A stretch of DNA of 64,000 bases from Syntrophales bacterium (GTDB lineage: Bacteria > Desulfobacterota > Syntrophia > Syntrophales > CG2-30-49-12). Within the stretch, counting starts at the first letter, position 1; each line of letters starts with the position of its first letter. Shown here piece after piece: positions 16,066 to 25,528 of this stretch. The translations under genes and the position numbers were made by a program. The notes beneath the pieces are model-generated. The model was not told where the DNA came from and did not search any database. It saw nothing but the letters and a program-made list of their open reading frames with translations. The stretch spans positions 79,540 through 143,539 of the forward strand of contig JBAZOY010000001.1 of the NCBI GenBank assembly GCA_041648505.1. Direction: 5' to 3'.

Positions 16066-18360
16066 ATGATAAAGAGGCTGAAGTCTGTCTTTGTTTTAAG
16101 AGGGTTTTTATTACTGGCAATTTTCACACCGCTTCTCTTTTTACCCCAGGTCTGGGACCTGTACACCCTGCCGAAAGAATGTTTCGTGCGCCTTATCGTC
16201 TCCCTTCTCGTGGTGACCTGGGCCTTCGAAAATATTTCCTCGAAAAAATCGGGCATTTATTTTTCTCCTCTGGGGCTTCCCATCCTCCTCTACACCCTGA
16301 CGCTTTTCCTCTCGCTCATCTACACCATAAATCCCTATACCGGCGCTTATGAAATCTTTCGCCAGCTAACCTGTGTTTTCCTCTTCTTTTTAGTTATAAA
16401 CTACGTGGAAACAGAGAAGGATATCTTAAATATATGCGGAGCAGCCGTTTTAGGCGGCCTGCTGGTTTCAATCCTGGGCATCTTCCAGTACTTCACCTCC
16501 TTTAACCCGGATTGGCTTTACCAGGTAGCCAGGCCTTCTGCTACTTTCGGCAACAAAAACATGGCCGCCGAATACGTCATTATGGTAATCCCCCTCTCTC
16601 TCATTCTTTTCCTTAAGGCCGGGGATGAAAGGCCAAGGCTTTTATGGGCTGTAGCCGCCATTGAAATGATAGCCTATACGGTCTATGCCAATTCCCGGGG
16701 AGCATGGCTGGGCTTAGCCCTTGGCGGATTGATCACACTCTTGATTCAGACAAGAAGGCACAAAGGACAAAAAACAATAATTGAAGTAATAAAAAAAACC
16801 TGTGCTTCTCCGTATCCGCGCTTTCACTTTTCTCCCTGGAGGGCATCGCTTCTGATCTTTCTACTCTCGCTCCATCTTATTTTTCCCTATATCTTACCTA
16901 CGCCCGCAAAGCTTGCTGTCAGTTACCGTGACAAGATGTCTTCAGCGTTAGACCTGAGCAGTGACAGTGCAAGCAGCCGCCTCGCTGTCTGGGCCAATAC
17001 CCTGGAAATGATCAAAGATCATCCTTTTGGAGTTGGAATCAACAACTGGAAGGTGGTTTATCCGGAATATACTCGTTCCCGGATAATAGATAAGGCTGCA
17101 ACCAGCGAAACCCATTTCGAGGAGGCCCACAACGATTACCTCCAGATGATGGCTGAGATAGGGATTGGTGGCTTTGTCTTTTATTTATGGATCCTTACCG
17201 CTATTGTCAGGATGTGCTGGAAGTCACCTGATACTAAATATTCACCTTTTTTCCTCTGGAGCATTGTCGGCTTCATGATCACGTCTCTCTTCAGCTTTCC
17301 TTCAAAGATGCCTGTTACGTCTCTTTTCTTCTGGCTCGCTGCCGGCCTGATTGTTGTGAGAAGCCGAATGATAACCCCGTCAGGAAGATGGCGGATAATG
17401 GAGGGCGGAAAGATATTTAATCTGTCCTTTCTTGGATTCTCGGTTATCTGGTTAATTTCTATGGTCTTTTTATCATATCTGCAGACCTTTTCCAATTACT
17501 ACTTACACCGGGCTAATATCTTGCTGACAGGAGATAGAAATGAAGATGCGATAGCAGCGTACAGCCGATCGGCAGAACTCAATCCTTTCTACTATTGGAC
17601 CTATTTTGGTCGCGCGAAGGCGCAATATCGCCTCAATAACTTTGCCGCATCTATTGAGGATAACCTGCATGCACTCAATTTTTATCCCCACGATATAAAT
17701 GCCCATGGCAACCTTGGCCTCGCCTATGCCGAAAAGGGTCTCTTCGATCTTGCCGGGAAGGAGTACCGGAAGGTTCTGAAACTTTATCCGGAAGACAAGC
17801 GTGCCCTTTACCGGATGAAAGAGCTCGACCAAAAAAGAACCTCTTATCTTGAGGCAAAAACAGCCTGCGAAAAATCACAGGCCTCATCCCCGGACTCGGC
17901 TGAAACTCGCAATTACAGGGGATATTTATGCTTTCTCACCGGATCATACGACGAAGCGATAAGCTGGTATCGTAAAGCTATTGTAATAGACAACCGGTAT
18001 GCACAAGCCCATCATAACCTGGCAAATGCTTACAGTAAGAAGGGACTGATTGATCCGGCCATCGAAGAATATGAGAGGGCAATCAGGATAAATCCTGATC
18101 TCGTGCAGGCTTACATAGATCTGGGTAATGCCTGTAAAGAAAAAGGGCTGTTTAAAACGGCGGTGGAAATGTATCTGGTGGCTCTAAGGCTGAAACCGGA
18201 TGATGCCGATATCCATTTTTCCCTGGGGGAGATATATTTGACCTGCCTGTATGATAAGGAACAGGCCCTTTTCCATTTAAAGAAAACCCTTACTCTCAAC
18301 CCGCAACATCCGAGAGCCGAACAGATAATAGAGGTCATCAAAATTCTTACTCATGATTAA
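16066..18360 (+). CDS. O-antigen ligase (Wzy_C) family membrane protein fused to C-terminal TPR repeats
   Basis: Multi-TM N-terminus with NSRGAWLGLALGG and the ...EEAHNDYLQMMAEIGIGG motif typical of WaaL/PglL/PilO-type ligases. The C-terminal ~280 aa are canonical TPRs (AHGNLGLAYAEKGLFDLAGKEYRKVLKLYPED...). Confidence 0.8.
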   Translation: MIKRLKSVFVLRGFLLLAIFTPLLFLPQVWDLYTLPKECFVRLIVSLLVVTWAFENISSKKSGIYFSPLGLPILLYTLTLFLSLIYTINPYTGAYEIFRQLTCVFLFFLVINYVETEKDILNICGAAVLGGLLVSILGIFQYFTSFNPDWLYQVARPSATFGNKNMAAEYVIMVIPLSLILFLKAGDERPRLLWAVAAIEMIAYTVYANSRGAWLGLALGGLITLLIQTRRHKGQKTIIEVIKKTCASPYPRFHFSPWRASLLIFLLSLHLIFPYILPTPAKLAVSYRDKMSSALDLSSDSASSRLAVWANTLEMIKDHPFGVGINNWKVVYPEYTRSRIIDKAATSETHFEEAHNDYLQMMAEIGIGGFVFYLWILTAIVRMCWKSPDTKYSPFFLWSIVGFMITSLFSFPSKMPVTSLFFWLAAGLIVVRSRMITPSGRWRIMEGGKIFNLSFLGFSVIWLISMVFLSYLQTFSNYYLHRANILLTGDRNEDAIAAYSRSAELNPFYYWTYFGRAKAQYRLNNFAASIEDNLHALNFYPHDINAHGNLGLAYAEKGLFDLAGKEYRKVLKLYPEDKRALYRMKELDQKRTSYLEAKTACEKSQASSPDSAETRNYRGYLCFLTGSYDEAISWYRKAIVIDNRYAQAHHNLANAYSKKGLIDPAIEEYERAIRINPDLVQAYIDLGNACKEKGLFKTAVEMYLVALRLKPDDADIHFSLGEIYLTCLYDKEQALFHLKKTLTLNPQHPRAEQIIEVIKILTHD

Positions 18361-18363
18361 AGA

Positions 18364-18404
18364 GCTTCGAAAATTGTATTCATCGGCGCTCAAAAATCTT
18401 TTTG
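18364..18404. repeat. Family A repeat arm (partial copy A1)
   Basis: CGAAAATTGTATTCATCGGCGCTCAAAAATCTTTTT matches the arms at 24486-24527 and 29030-29068 (reverse complement). Confidence 0.7.
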
Positions 18405-18470
18405 TTAATCCCTTTTTTTGTAATCCTTCCCTTAAAAGGGAGAGTTTCAGAAAAGCTCTTATGCGAAAAT

Positions 18471-18511
18471 ATAAAAGGGGCCAGTGAATTAATTACACTG
18501 ACCCCTTTTTA
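18471..18511. terminator. Bidirectional intrinsic terminator between convergent genes
   Basis: ATAAAA-GGGGCCAGTG-(9 nt loop)-CACTGACCCC-TTTTT, a 9/10 bp stem flanked by an A-run and a T-run. Confidence 0.7.
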
Positions 18512-18536
18512 TATTTCTCAATTATAACTGGTACAA

Positions 18537-19208
18537 TTAGCGCTTTCTGTAAACGATAACCCCGATATCATCTCCACCCGGAGCGGCATCGCTAGTTTTT
18601 GTCTCAACCATCCCGTTGGGACCGGCAGAAAGAACCCAACCGCTTGCAGGAATACTTGAGTGGAGCGTGGCAGTGTGCATCCCCTCCACATAGACAAGAT
18701 AGTTTTTCCCCCAGGGATCAACCCTTCTCATCCTTTCCACGTAAGGACCTTTCCAGTCCACCTGACTTAAAGTAAGATTAGTCCTGTAAAAGTTATTTGG
18801 CGCCGCTCCCAGGGTTCCTCCCGGGTTATCCGCTACGATATGATTCTCCGCATGATCCACTACAGTCATATTGTCCCATGTGATTTGAACACCTGTACCC
18901 CAGGCATTAGGATCCGTTGTTGTATCATTCGTAGGGCCGCTCCTTAAAACTTGATAATAACTCTCTGTAGTTGCTGATCTTGCCGGCCAGACCCCTGTGT
19001 CGGCATAGAATGATGCTATAGAGGCTGCAATGTATTTACAGTCTTCAAGGGCACCAGTCTCCCCACCCTTTTTTATCTTATCAACAGCGATGGGAATTAC
19101 CACGGCAGCCAAAACAGACGTTACCGCCAGTACTGCCGTTACTTCAATCAGGGTATAACCCTTTTCCTTTAAGGTCCTCCTGAATTTTTCTAAAATTTTC
19201 TTCAACAT
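18537..19208 (-). CDS. GspG-like pilin/pseudopilin (prepilin N-terminal domain)
   Basis: KGYTLIEVTAVLAVTSVLAAVVIP prepilin motif, a GPYVERMRRVDPWGKNYLV GspG-type core and a C-terminal GGDDIGV. Confidence 0.8.
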   Translation of the reverse strand: MLKKILEKFRRTLKEKGYTLIEVTAVLAVTSVLAAVVIPIAVDKIKKGGETGALEDCKYIAASIASFYADTGVWPARSATTESYYQVLRSGPTNDTTTDPNAWGTGVQITWDNMTVVDHAENHIVADNPGGTLGAAPNNFYRTNLTLSQVDWKGPYVERMRRVDPWGKNYLVYVEGMHTATLHSSIPASGWVLSAGPNGMVETKTSDAAPGGDDIGVIVYRKR

Positions 19209-19271
19209 CTTTTACCTCCTTTGTATTTCCGGTCTCGGGTCTTTTTCCCCAGGACACGGACGTTGACTAAT

Positions 19272-19862
19272 TTATTTTATCCTGAACAGGATATCGTCTC
19301 CACCAATTGTAATTGAAGGCCCTGTTTGTCCAAAGACAGTTTCGAGTTCTTTATTAGGCCCGGCGGAAACAACAAACGCAGGCATGAAACCGCTTATATT
19401 AGCAGGCTGCAGACCTTTCACGTCAATGTAATATTTGTCTCCCCATGGGTCTTGCCTGACTCTTTCCAGATAGGGACCGCTCCATTTACTCTTTCCTGAT
19501 GTAGGATAGGCTTGGACATTGGTGACCAGGTGGTCGGCCATATAGTCTATGGAAACCGGAATGGTTACGCCGGTACCAACAGCCGGTGTATCCCCCTCAT
19601 TGCTATGAAGGCCATCATATTTTGTATCAGATGACTGCCTCGCCGTGCCCACTGCCCATACAGGCCAATCTTTCATGTCCTTGTTAAAGGCCAGTACTGC
19701 ATTTGTTATGGTCTGTACGTCCGCCTCTGCCGCAGTTATCTTAGCATCTCCTATAGAGCTGAGCATCATGGGGGTAAGCACCGCCGCCAGGATAGCAACT
19801 ACAGCCAGGATCACAATAATCTCAATCAGGGTAAACCCCTTTTTGTTTTTTAACATCTTCAC
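19272..19862 (-). CDS. GspG-like pilin/pseudopilin, paralog of 18537-19208
   Basis: KKGFTLIEIIVILAVVAILAAVLTP, then GPYLERVRQDPWGDKYYIDV and a C-terminal GGDDILF. A sigma-54 promoter lies upstream. Confidence 0.8.
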   Translation of the reverse strand: MKMLKNKKGFTLIEIIVILAVVAILAAVLTPMMLSSIGDAKITAAEADVQTITNAVLAFNKDMKDWPVWAVGTARQSSDTKYDGLHSNEGDTPAVGTGVTIPVSIDYMADHLVTNVQAYPTSGKSKWSGPYLERVRQDPWGDKYYIDVKGLQPANISGFMPAFVVSAGPNKELETVFGQTGPSITIGGDDILFRIK

Positions 19863-19948
19863 TTTTTTTACCTCCCTTTTTGTTTTAGCCGCAAAGACAA
19901 ATTACTTCGCGACTTTCTCTTTCTGTTTTTCTATTTCATTAGTATCAA

Positions 19949-19963
19949 GCAAGCGGCGTGCCA
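19949..19963 (-). promoter_or_regulatory. Sigma-54 promoter (perfect -24/-12 match)
   Basis: The minus strand reads TGGCAC-GCCGC-TTGC, ~87 nt upstream of the ATG at 19862. Confidence 0.8.
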
Positions 19964-20042
19964 ATAATGAGCCGGTTTCCTAATTATTGGACACCAACCT
20001 TAATCTTCACAATAATTGGCAACCGGCAGCAGAAAACACTTA

Positions 20043-20169
20043 TCTACTTTTAGTAGAAATAGATAAGGTGATTTCCCGATAATTACTGATTCAAGTAATT
20101 GATACTAAATGATTTCATGAAAAATCTACTATAAAGGAAATTCGAGCGTAAAAATCTACTAATAGTAGA
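20043..20169. promoter_or_regulatory. Candidate enhancer (UAS) sites: TCTACT-N3-AGTAGA palindromes
   Basis: TCTACTTTTAGTAGA at 20043-20057 and TCTACTAATAGTAGA at 20155-20169, plus a half-site AAAATCTACT at 20121-20130. They lie 80-200 bp upstream of the sigma-54 promoter. Confidence 0.5.
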
Positions 20170-20284
20170 ACTTCCTGAAGTATCCTGATTGCCCCCCTTC
20201 CGTTTTCTGCCTGATGAGGAGTTTTACCAATTAACTTGATATTGTTTTTTATAATTGTTATATTTTTGATAAATATATAAGATG

Positions 20285-20395
20285 TAATCAGTTAAGTGAT
20301 GGGCTATAGAAAAGAGGCCTTTGCAGCGGGGTGAGACGTGCATGGTCGGAAAAGATTTCTGAGCGTCGATAAATACAAATTTCAAAATTCTCGAG
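20285..20395. repeat. Family A repeat (half copy A2, inverted orientation)
   Basis: The reverse complement reads ...GAAATTTGTATTTATCGACGCTCAGAAATCTTTTCCGACCATGCACGTCTCACCCCGCTGCAAAGGCC..., which aligns to 24486-24560. Confidence 0.7.
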
Positions 20396-20404
20396 AACCG
20401 AACG

Positions 20405-21604
20405 ATGCTGAAGGATAAAAAAATAGTTGTTGGCGTAACAGGCGGCATTGCCGCTTATAAAGCAGCGGAACTGGTGAGAGAGTTTATCCGGAGGGGGGCT
20501 CATGTCAAGGTCGTCATGACGAAAAATGCCTTGAAATTCATTACACCCCTTACTCTCCAGACGCTCTCAGGAAACACTGTATTTACTGATATGTTCTCAC
20601 CGCTGAGAGAATCTGAGATAGCCCACATATCCCTTGCGGAATACGCGGATGTCATGGTGATCGCCCCGGCAACGGCAAACATCATCGGAAAGATTGCCTC
20701 CGGGATAGCGAATGATCTTCTTACTACCACGATTATGGCAACAAAGGCACCTGTCCTCATCTGTCCCGCCATGAATACAAACATGTACACAAATGTTATT
20801 GTCAGAGAAAACATAGAAAAACTTGCGTCAAGGGGTTATCTGTTTATCGAGCCGGATTATGGGGAACTTGCCTGCAGATCAGAAGGAGCAGGAAGACTGC
20901 CGGAAATAGTTGATATTGTGGAAGAGGTAGAATCAATCCTGACCTTAAAGGATTTAAAGGGAGAAAGAATACTTGTTACCGCCGGCCCCACCCGCGAACC
21001 GTTTGACCCGGTAAGGTATATTACCAATTATTCTTCAGGGAAAATGGGTTATGCCCTCGCACAGATGGCCAGGCGAAGAGGTGCCGAAGTTACCCTTATC
21101 AGCGGTCCTTCGTCACTGCCGGTTCCCCCGCGTGTTAAATTCATTCCCGTATCAAGCGCCATGGAGATGAGAAATGCCGTCATGAAAAATCTCGAAGAAT
21201 CAACTGTTATCATCAAATCCGCTGCGGTGGCCGATTATCGTCCTGCCGTCTATTCCGGCTCCAAGATAAAAAAGCAGGCCGGTCCTTTTACCATCTCTCT
21301 GGAGAGGAATCCCGATATTATTTCAGAGGCGGGAACGAAGAAAGGGAAACGAATCCTCGTCGGTTTTGCCATGGAGTCGGAGAATCTTCTGGAAAATGCA
21401 AAAACCAAGATGTTAGAAAAAAATATGGATCTTATCGTGGCCAACAATGTTACTGAAGAGGGAGCCGGATTTCAATCCGACACAAATATCGTCAAGATCC
21501 TGAGCAGGAACGGAGATGTAGAGGAACTGCCCGTAATGGACAAGGTAGAAGTGGCAGACAGGATACTGGACAGGATAAGAAGCCTTTTAAAGAGTGACCG
21601 CTGA
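20405..21604 (+). CDS. coaBC: Bifunctional phosphopantothenoylcysteine decarboxylase / phosphopantothenate-cysteine ligase
   Basis: 399 aa. KKIVVGVTGGIAAYKAAELVR is the flavoprotein N-domain, and the C-terminal CoaB domain is colinear with Dfp. Confidence 0.92.
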   Translation: MLKDKKIVVGVTGGIAAYKAAELVREFIRRGAHVKVVMTKNALKFITPLTLQTLSGNTVFTDMFSPLRESEIAHISLAEYADVMVIAPATANIIGKIASGIANDLLTTTIMATKAPVLICPAMNTNMYTNVIVRENIEKLASRGYLFIEPDYGELACRSEGAGRLPEIVDIVEEVESILTLKDLKGERILVTAGPTREPFDPVRYITNYSSGKMGYALAQMARRRGAEVTLISGPSSLPVPPRVKFIPVSSAMEMRNAVMKNLEESTVIIKSAAVADYRPAVYSGSKIKKQAGPFTISLERNPDIISEAGTKKGKRILVGFAMESENLLENAKTKMLEKNMDLIVANNVTEEGAGFQSDTNIVKILSRNGDVEELPVMDKVEVADRILDRIRSLLKSDR

Positions 21605-21610
21605 GGTTTT

Positions 21611-22330
21611 ATGGCTGATGCAGAAGAGAAAGTGAGAGGAGAACTCCTTGAAATAGTGGGGTCTCTCAAGACCTTTGTTCATTCATATACTGAGTTCGGT
21701 CGTCCCGTATCTTCTCTCTACCTGAAGGAAAAGGAAACGCCGAACCCGCCGCCTGATCAGCCCAAAGATACCAATAGATCACCCTCTATTACCCTTGAAG
21801 AGGTAAGGAGTGAAATGGGCGATTGCCGAAGATGTTCCCTCTGCCAGGTCAGAAACAACCTTGTTTTTGGCGAAGGCAACCCACGAGCCGATCTTGTGTT
21901 TGTAGGGGAGGCGCCAGGGAGGGATGAAGACAGGCAGGGAATACCTTTCGTGGGGCATGCCGGTCAGCTTCTCACCAAGATCATTTCGGCCATGGAATTG
22001 TCAAGGGATGAAGTTTACATATGCAACATTCTAAAATGCCGTCCTCCGGAGAACCGTAACCCGAAACCGGATGAAATCAAGGCTTGTGAACCTTTTCTAA
22101 TCAGGCAGCTTGAAGCGATCAAGCCCAGGATAATCTGTGCCCTCGGTACATTTGCGGCCCATACCCTGCTTAAAACAGATATCCCCATTACGGTCATGCG
22201 TGGAAAATTTCAAGTGTATCACGGTATAAAACTTATGCCCACATATCATCCAGCCTATCTTCTGAGGAATCCCAGCGCAAAAAAGCAGGTATGGGAAGAT
22301 ATGAAGATGGTTATGAACGCCCTTGCATAA
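21611..22330 (+). CDS. Uracil-DNA glycosylase, family 4, with ~70-aa N-terminal extension
   Basis: C..C.LC...[38 protein letters not shown] plus HPAYLLRNP motifs. Confidence 0.88.
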   Translation: MADAEEKVRGELLEIVGSLKTFVHSYTEFGRPVSSLYLKEKETPNPPPDQPKDTNRSPSITLEEVRSEMGDCRRCSLCQVRNNLVFGEGNPRADLVFVGEAPGRDEDRQGIPFVGHAGQLLTKIISAMELSRDEVYICNILKCRPPENRNPKPDEIKACEPFLIRQLEAIKPRIICALGTFAAHTLLKTDIPITVMRGKFQVYHGIKLMPTYHPAYLLRNPSAKKQVWEDMKMVMNALA

Positions 22331-22376
22331 CCTGAAATCAAATATTATTCGCCGACATCTGTGATGAGGTAAAGCA

Positions 22377-23687
22377 ATGCTAAAAAAAACCGGAATACTG
22401 ACTTTAATTTTCAGTCTATTGATCTTTTCTGTCTGGCTATCGTCCCCCTCTTACGGAAAAGACAAAGTCCCCTACCCCGTTTTTGATGTTATCACCGTCA
22501 ACGCTGCTATTACACCGCCGGTCGCCGAATATATCCTTCAGAGTATTGATGAATCTTCAAAGCGAGATGCAGAGGGCCTGATTATTCTTCTTGATACCCC
22601 CGGGGGGCTGGACCTGGCCATGAGGGATATAGTAAAGGGCATTCTCAATGCACCCATTCCAGTGATGGTTTTTGTCTATCCCTCCGGTGCCAGAGCAGCC
22701 TCAGCAGGAGTGATTATCACAGTTGCAGCCCATGTTGCTGCCATGGCCCCGGGGACTAATATCGGAGCGGCTCACCCCGTCGGCCTTGGTATAGGCACGA
22801 TGGATAAAACGATGACTATAAAGGTGGAAAACGACGCCACGGCCTATGGCATGAGTCTCGCGAACAAAAGGGGACGAAACGAAAAATGGGTGGAAAAGGC
22901 AATCAGAAAAAGTGAATCCATAACAGCCGAAGAGGCAGCAAGGCTCAAGGTGATTGATTTCGTTGCCGCTGACCTCCATCAACTGCTGCAGCAGGCTGAT
23001 AATAAAGAGGTGACCCTCCCTTCAGGAAAAAAGATTCTGAAAACGAAGGGAGCCATCATTAATTATAAGAAAATGGGGATACGTCACAGGATACTATCTG
23101 CATTAAGTGATCCCAACATTGCCTATATCCTGCTACTAATGGGTCTTGCCGGCCTCTATTTTGAGTTTGCCCATCCGGGTGCCATACTCCCCGGAGTTGT
23201 CGGCGGTATCTCCCTTATCCTTGCTTTCTTTGCCCTTCAGACTATGTCTGTCAGTTATGCCGGGATTCTCCTTATTCTATTCGGTATTATTCTCTTTATT
23301 GCCGAAATAAAAGTTATCAGCCATGGTCTCCTTACCGTAGGAGGCGTTATATCCCTTGCAATGGGCTCTTTAATGCTCTTTGATTCTCCTGACCCTGCTC
23401 TCAGGGTATCGTTGAAAGTTATGATACCCTCGCTTACCATCATCTCAGGGTTTTTTGTCATTATTATAGCTATTGTTTTCAAGGCCCAGTTGAGAAGACA
23501 ACATACGGGAGGGGAAGGTATGGTGGGCGAGCAAGGCCGTACGGTTACCGACGTCTATGAAGAAGGGGGAAAAGTGTTTATCCATGGCGAGTACTGGAAT
23601 GCATTTAGTGATGAATTAATTGATAAGGGAAAGATCGTCAGGGTCGTAGAAATTGAGGGTCTTAAACTGAAGGTTCAGGAAATTTAA
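22377..23687 (+). CDS. NfeD-family membrane-bound ClpP-class serine protease
   Basis: Signal sequence, ClpP-like domain (LLDTPGGLDLAMRDIV...), 4-5 TM helices and a C-terminal OB domain. It lies upstream of the SPFH gene. Confidence 0.88.
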   Translation: MLKKTGILTLIFSLLIFSVWLSSPSYGKDKVPYPVFDVITVNAAITPPVAEYILQSIDESSKRDAEGLIILLDTPGGLDLAMRDIVKGILNAPIPVMVFVYPSGARAASAGVIITVAAHVAAMAPGTNIGAAHPVGLGIGTMDKTMTIKVENDATAYGMSLANKRGRNEKWVEKAIRKSESITAEEAARLKVIDFVAADLHQLLQQADNKEVTLPSGKKILKTKGAIINYKKMGIRHRILSALSDPNIAYILLLMGLAGLYFEFAHPGAILPGVVGGISLILAFFALQTMSVSYAGILLILFGIILFIAEIKVISHGLLTVGGVISLAMGSLMLFDSPDPALRVSLKVMIPSLTIISGFFVIIIAIVFKAQLRRQHTGGEGMVGEQGRTVTDVYEEGGKVFIHGEYWNAFSDELIDKGKIVRVVEIEGLKLKVQEI

Positions 23688-23705
23688 TGTAAAAGGAGAA
23701 TAGAA

Positions 23706-24458
23706 ATGACGTATCCGTTTATACTCTTAGTTGTCGTGGTTATTATGTTTCTGGCATCGGCCATCAAGGTACTCAATGAGTATCAGAGGGCGGTTATTTT
23801 TCGTCTGGGGAGAATCATAGATACCAAGGGGCCTGGTCTTATCATCCTGATTCCCGTCATAGATAAAATGGTCAGGGTAGATATGCGGACTATCACCATG
23901 GATATTCCCCCACAGGACGTCATCACCCGTGACAACGTCTCGATCAAGGTCAACGCCGTCGTTTATTTTCGGGTTGTTGACGCGAACTCCGCCGTGATCG
24001 ATGTGGAGAATTACCTTTATGCGACATCGCAGCTCTCCCAAACGACTTTGCGGAGCGTCTGCGGCCAGATGGAACTGGACGAAATCCTCTCCGAGAGGGA
24101 AAAGATCAACCTCCAACTCCAGGAGATCCTGGATCGGAATACCGAACCCTGGGGCATCAAGGTCTCCCATGTCGAGGTCAAGCAGATCGATCTGCCCGAA
24201 GAGATGAAACGGGCCATTGCCAAGCAGGCTGAAGCGGAGAGAGAGCGAAGGGCAAAGGTTATTAATGCCGAAGGCGAGTTCCAGGCCGCCCAGAAGCTGA
24301 TCGACGCGGCAGCTCTCATGGCGACGCAGCCGATCTCCCTCCAGCTCCGCTATCTCCAGACCCTGAACGCGATCGCAGCAGAGAATAATTCAACAACTAT
24401 TTTCCCCGTTCCGATCGACATGTTCGCACCGTTCATTAAGTTAATGGAGAAGAAATAA
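23706..24458 (+). CDS. SPFH/band-7 (stomatin-like) protein
   Basis: N-terminal TM helix followed by [11 protein letters not shown]..., and a coiled [24 protein letters not shown] region. Confidence 0.9.
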   Translation: MTYPFILLVVVVIMFLASAIKVLNEYQRAVIFRLGRIIDTKGPGLIILIPVIDKMVRVDMRTITMDIPPQDVITRDNVSIKVNAVVYFRVVDANSAVIDVENYLYATSQLSQTTLRSVCGQMELDEILSEREKINLQLQEILDRNTEPWGIKVSHVEVKQIDLPEEMKRAIAKQAEAERERRAKVINAEGEFQAAQKLIDAAALMATQPISLQLRYLQTLNAIAAENNSTTIFPVPIDMFAPFIKLMEKK

Positions 24459-24470
24459 TCAACTGCTCTT

Positions 24471-24681
24471 ACAAAGTTCGAAAGCTTTGAAGATTATATT
24501 CATCGGCGCTCAAAAATCTTTTTCAACCATGCACGTCTCGCTTCGCCGGCAAAGGTACAACTCGCACTTACTTGTTCAGAAAATACCTTTGCCGGCGCTG
24601 AACTGCCTGCAAATGTATGGTGCCCGAAAAATCTTTAATTCGCACCTTCTGAATCAAATTTTCGCTGTTTTACAAAGGTCG
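24471..24681. repeat. Family A repeat, long copy A3 (with nested 14-bp hairpin insertion)
   Basis: Arms ...GAAGATTATATTCATCGGCGCTCAAAAATCTTTTTCAACCATGCA and ATGGTGCCCGAAAAATCTTTAATTCGCACCTTCTGAATCAAATTTTCG. The centre holds CGCCGGCAAAGGTA-26 nt-TACCTTTGCCGGCG. Confidence 0.8.
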
Positions 24682-24685
24682 CTCT

Positions 24686-24740
24686 TATTCCGATTTTAAA
24701 TCAAAGATGAAATCAAGGCGGCGAGGCAGGCGTACATAAA
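24686..24740. repeat. Family B repeat (partial copy B2)
   Basis: TTATTCCGATTTTAAATCAAAGATGAAATCAAGGCGGCGAGGCAGGCGTA aligns with the left part of 45971-46096. Confidence 0.7.
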
Positions 24741-24763
24741 ACACCGGCAGGGTAGAAACTATT

Positions 24764-25201
24764 TTATGGCAGTACCTCGATAGAATCTCCTATTTTAACT
24801 TCACCTCCCGTCAGCACTTCTACAAAGATACCCTCTCTTGGCATGACGCAGTCACCGACCTGACGAAATATATTACACCTCTCGTGGCATTCCTTGCCAA
24901 TCTGAGTAACCTTTACCAAAACTTTTCCACTTATTTTCAGCTTTGTGCCGACAGGCAGCAGATGAAGCACAATCCCCTCTGTGGTAATATTTTCGGCAAA
25001 GTCACCGTATCCTACATCCAAACCCTTTGCGCGTATCTTTTCTATACTATCTCTTGAAAGAAAACTAATTTGCCTGATTCCGGGACCTGCATGGGCATCG
25101 TTGGCAATCCCCATATCCCTCACAAACTGACATGTCCCGATGTTTTTTTTCTTTTCACATTTTTCCTTGCTTATATTAACCGATAAGATTTTTCCTTTCA
25201 T
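24764..25201 (-). CDS. MOSC domain protein
   Basis: MKGKILSVNISKEK...AHAGPGIRQISFLS...GDFAENITTEG fits the MOSC pattern. I moved the start to the internal Met at 25201, where the conserved domain begins. Confidence 0.8.
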   Translation of the reverse strand: MKGKILSVNISKEKCEKKKNIGTCQFVRDMGIANDAHAGPGIRQISFLSRDSIEKIRAKGLDVGYGDFAENITTEGIVLHLLPVGTKLKISGKVLVKVTQIGKECHERCNIFRQVGDCVMPREGIFVEVLTGGEVKIGDSIEVLP

Positions 25202-25528
25202 ATCATCTTTCTCTCCTAACCCGGACAAGCCCGAACCACAATCTGAAAGTCGGTATAGACAGCGATCTTTCATAGAATATCCCGAAGATTACACTGTGAT
25301 CTATACCTGTTTCTTCAAAAGATGTAAAGGATCTAAGTCCGCCACTAAAACCAACGAGCATCGTTTTAACAGTGGACTAAGGGATAATGAAAATGATATA
25401 ATGACCAAATTTAGTAGCTCGATAATTAGCGGTTCGTGATCTTTATCTTTTCAAACTTCCGGGGCTGTATCCAGGCTGTGTCAGGGTTAACACTACACCG
25501 CCAGTTACAGCACTAAAAATAATAATCC

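Noticed and set aside
24487-24699. 70-aa ORF (and similar peptides at 20224-20448 and 28844-29065)
   Set aside because: Their similarity to each other comes from the Family A DNA repeat, read in different orientations. The frames are not conserved between copies.
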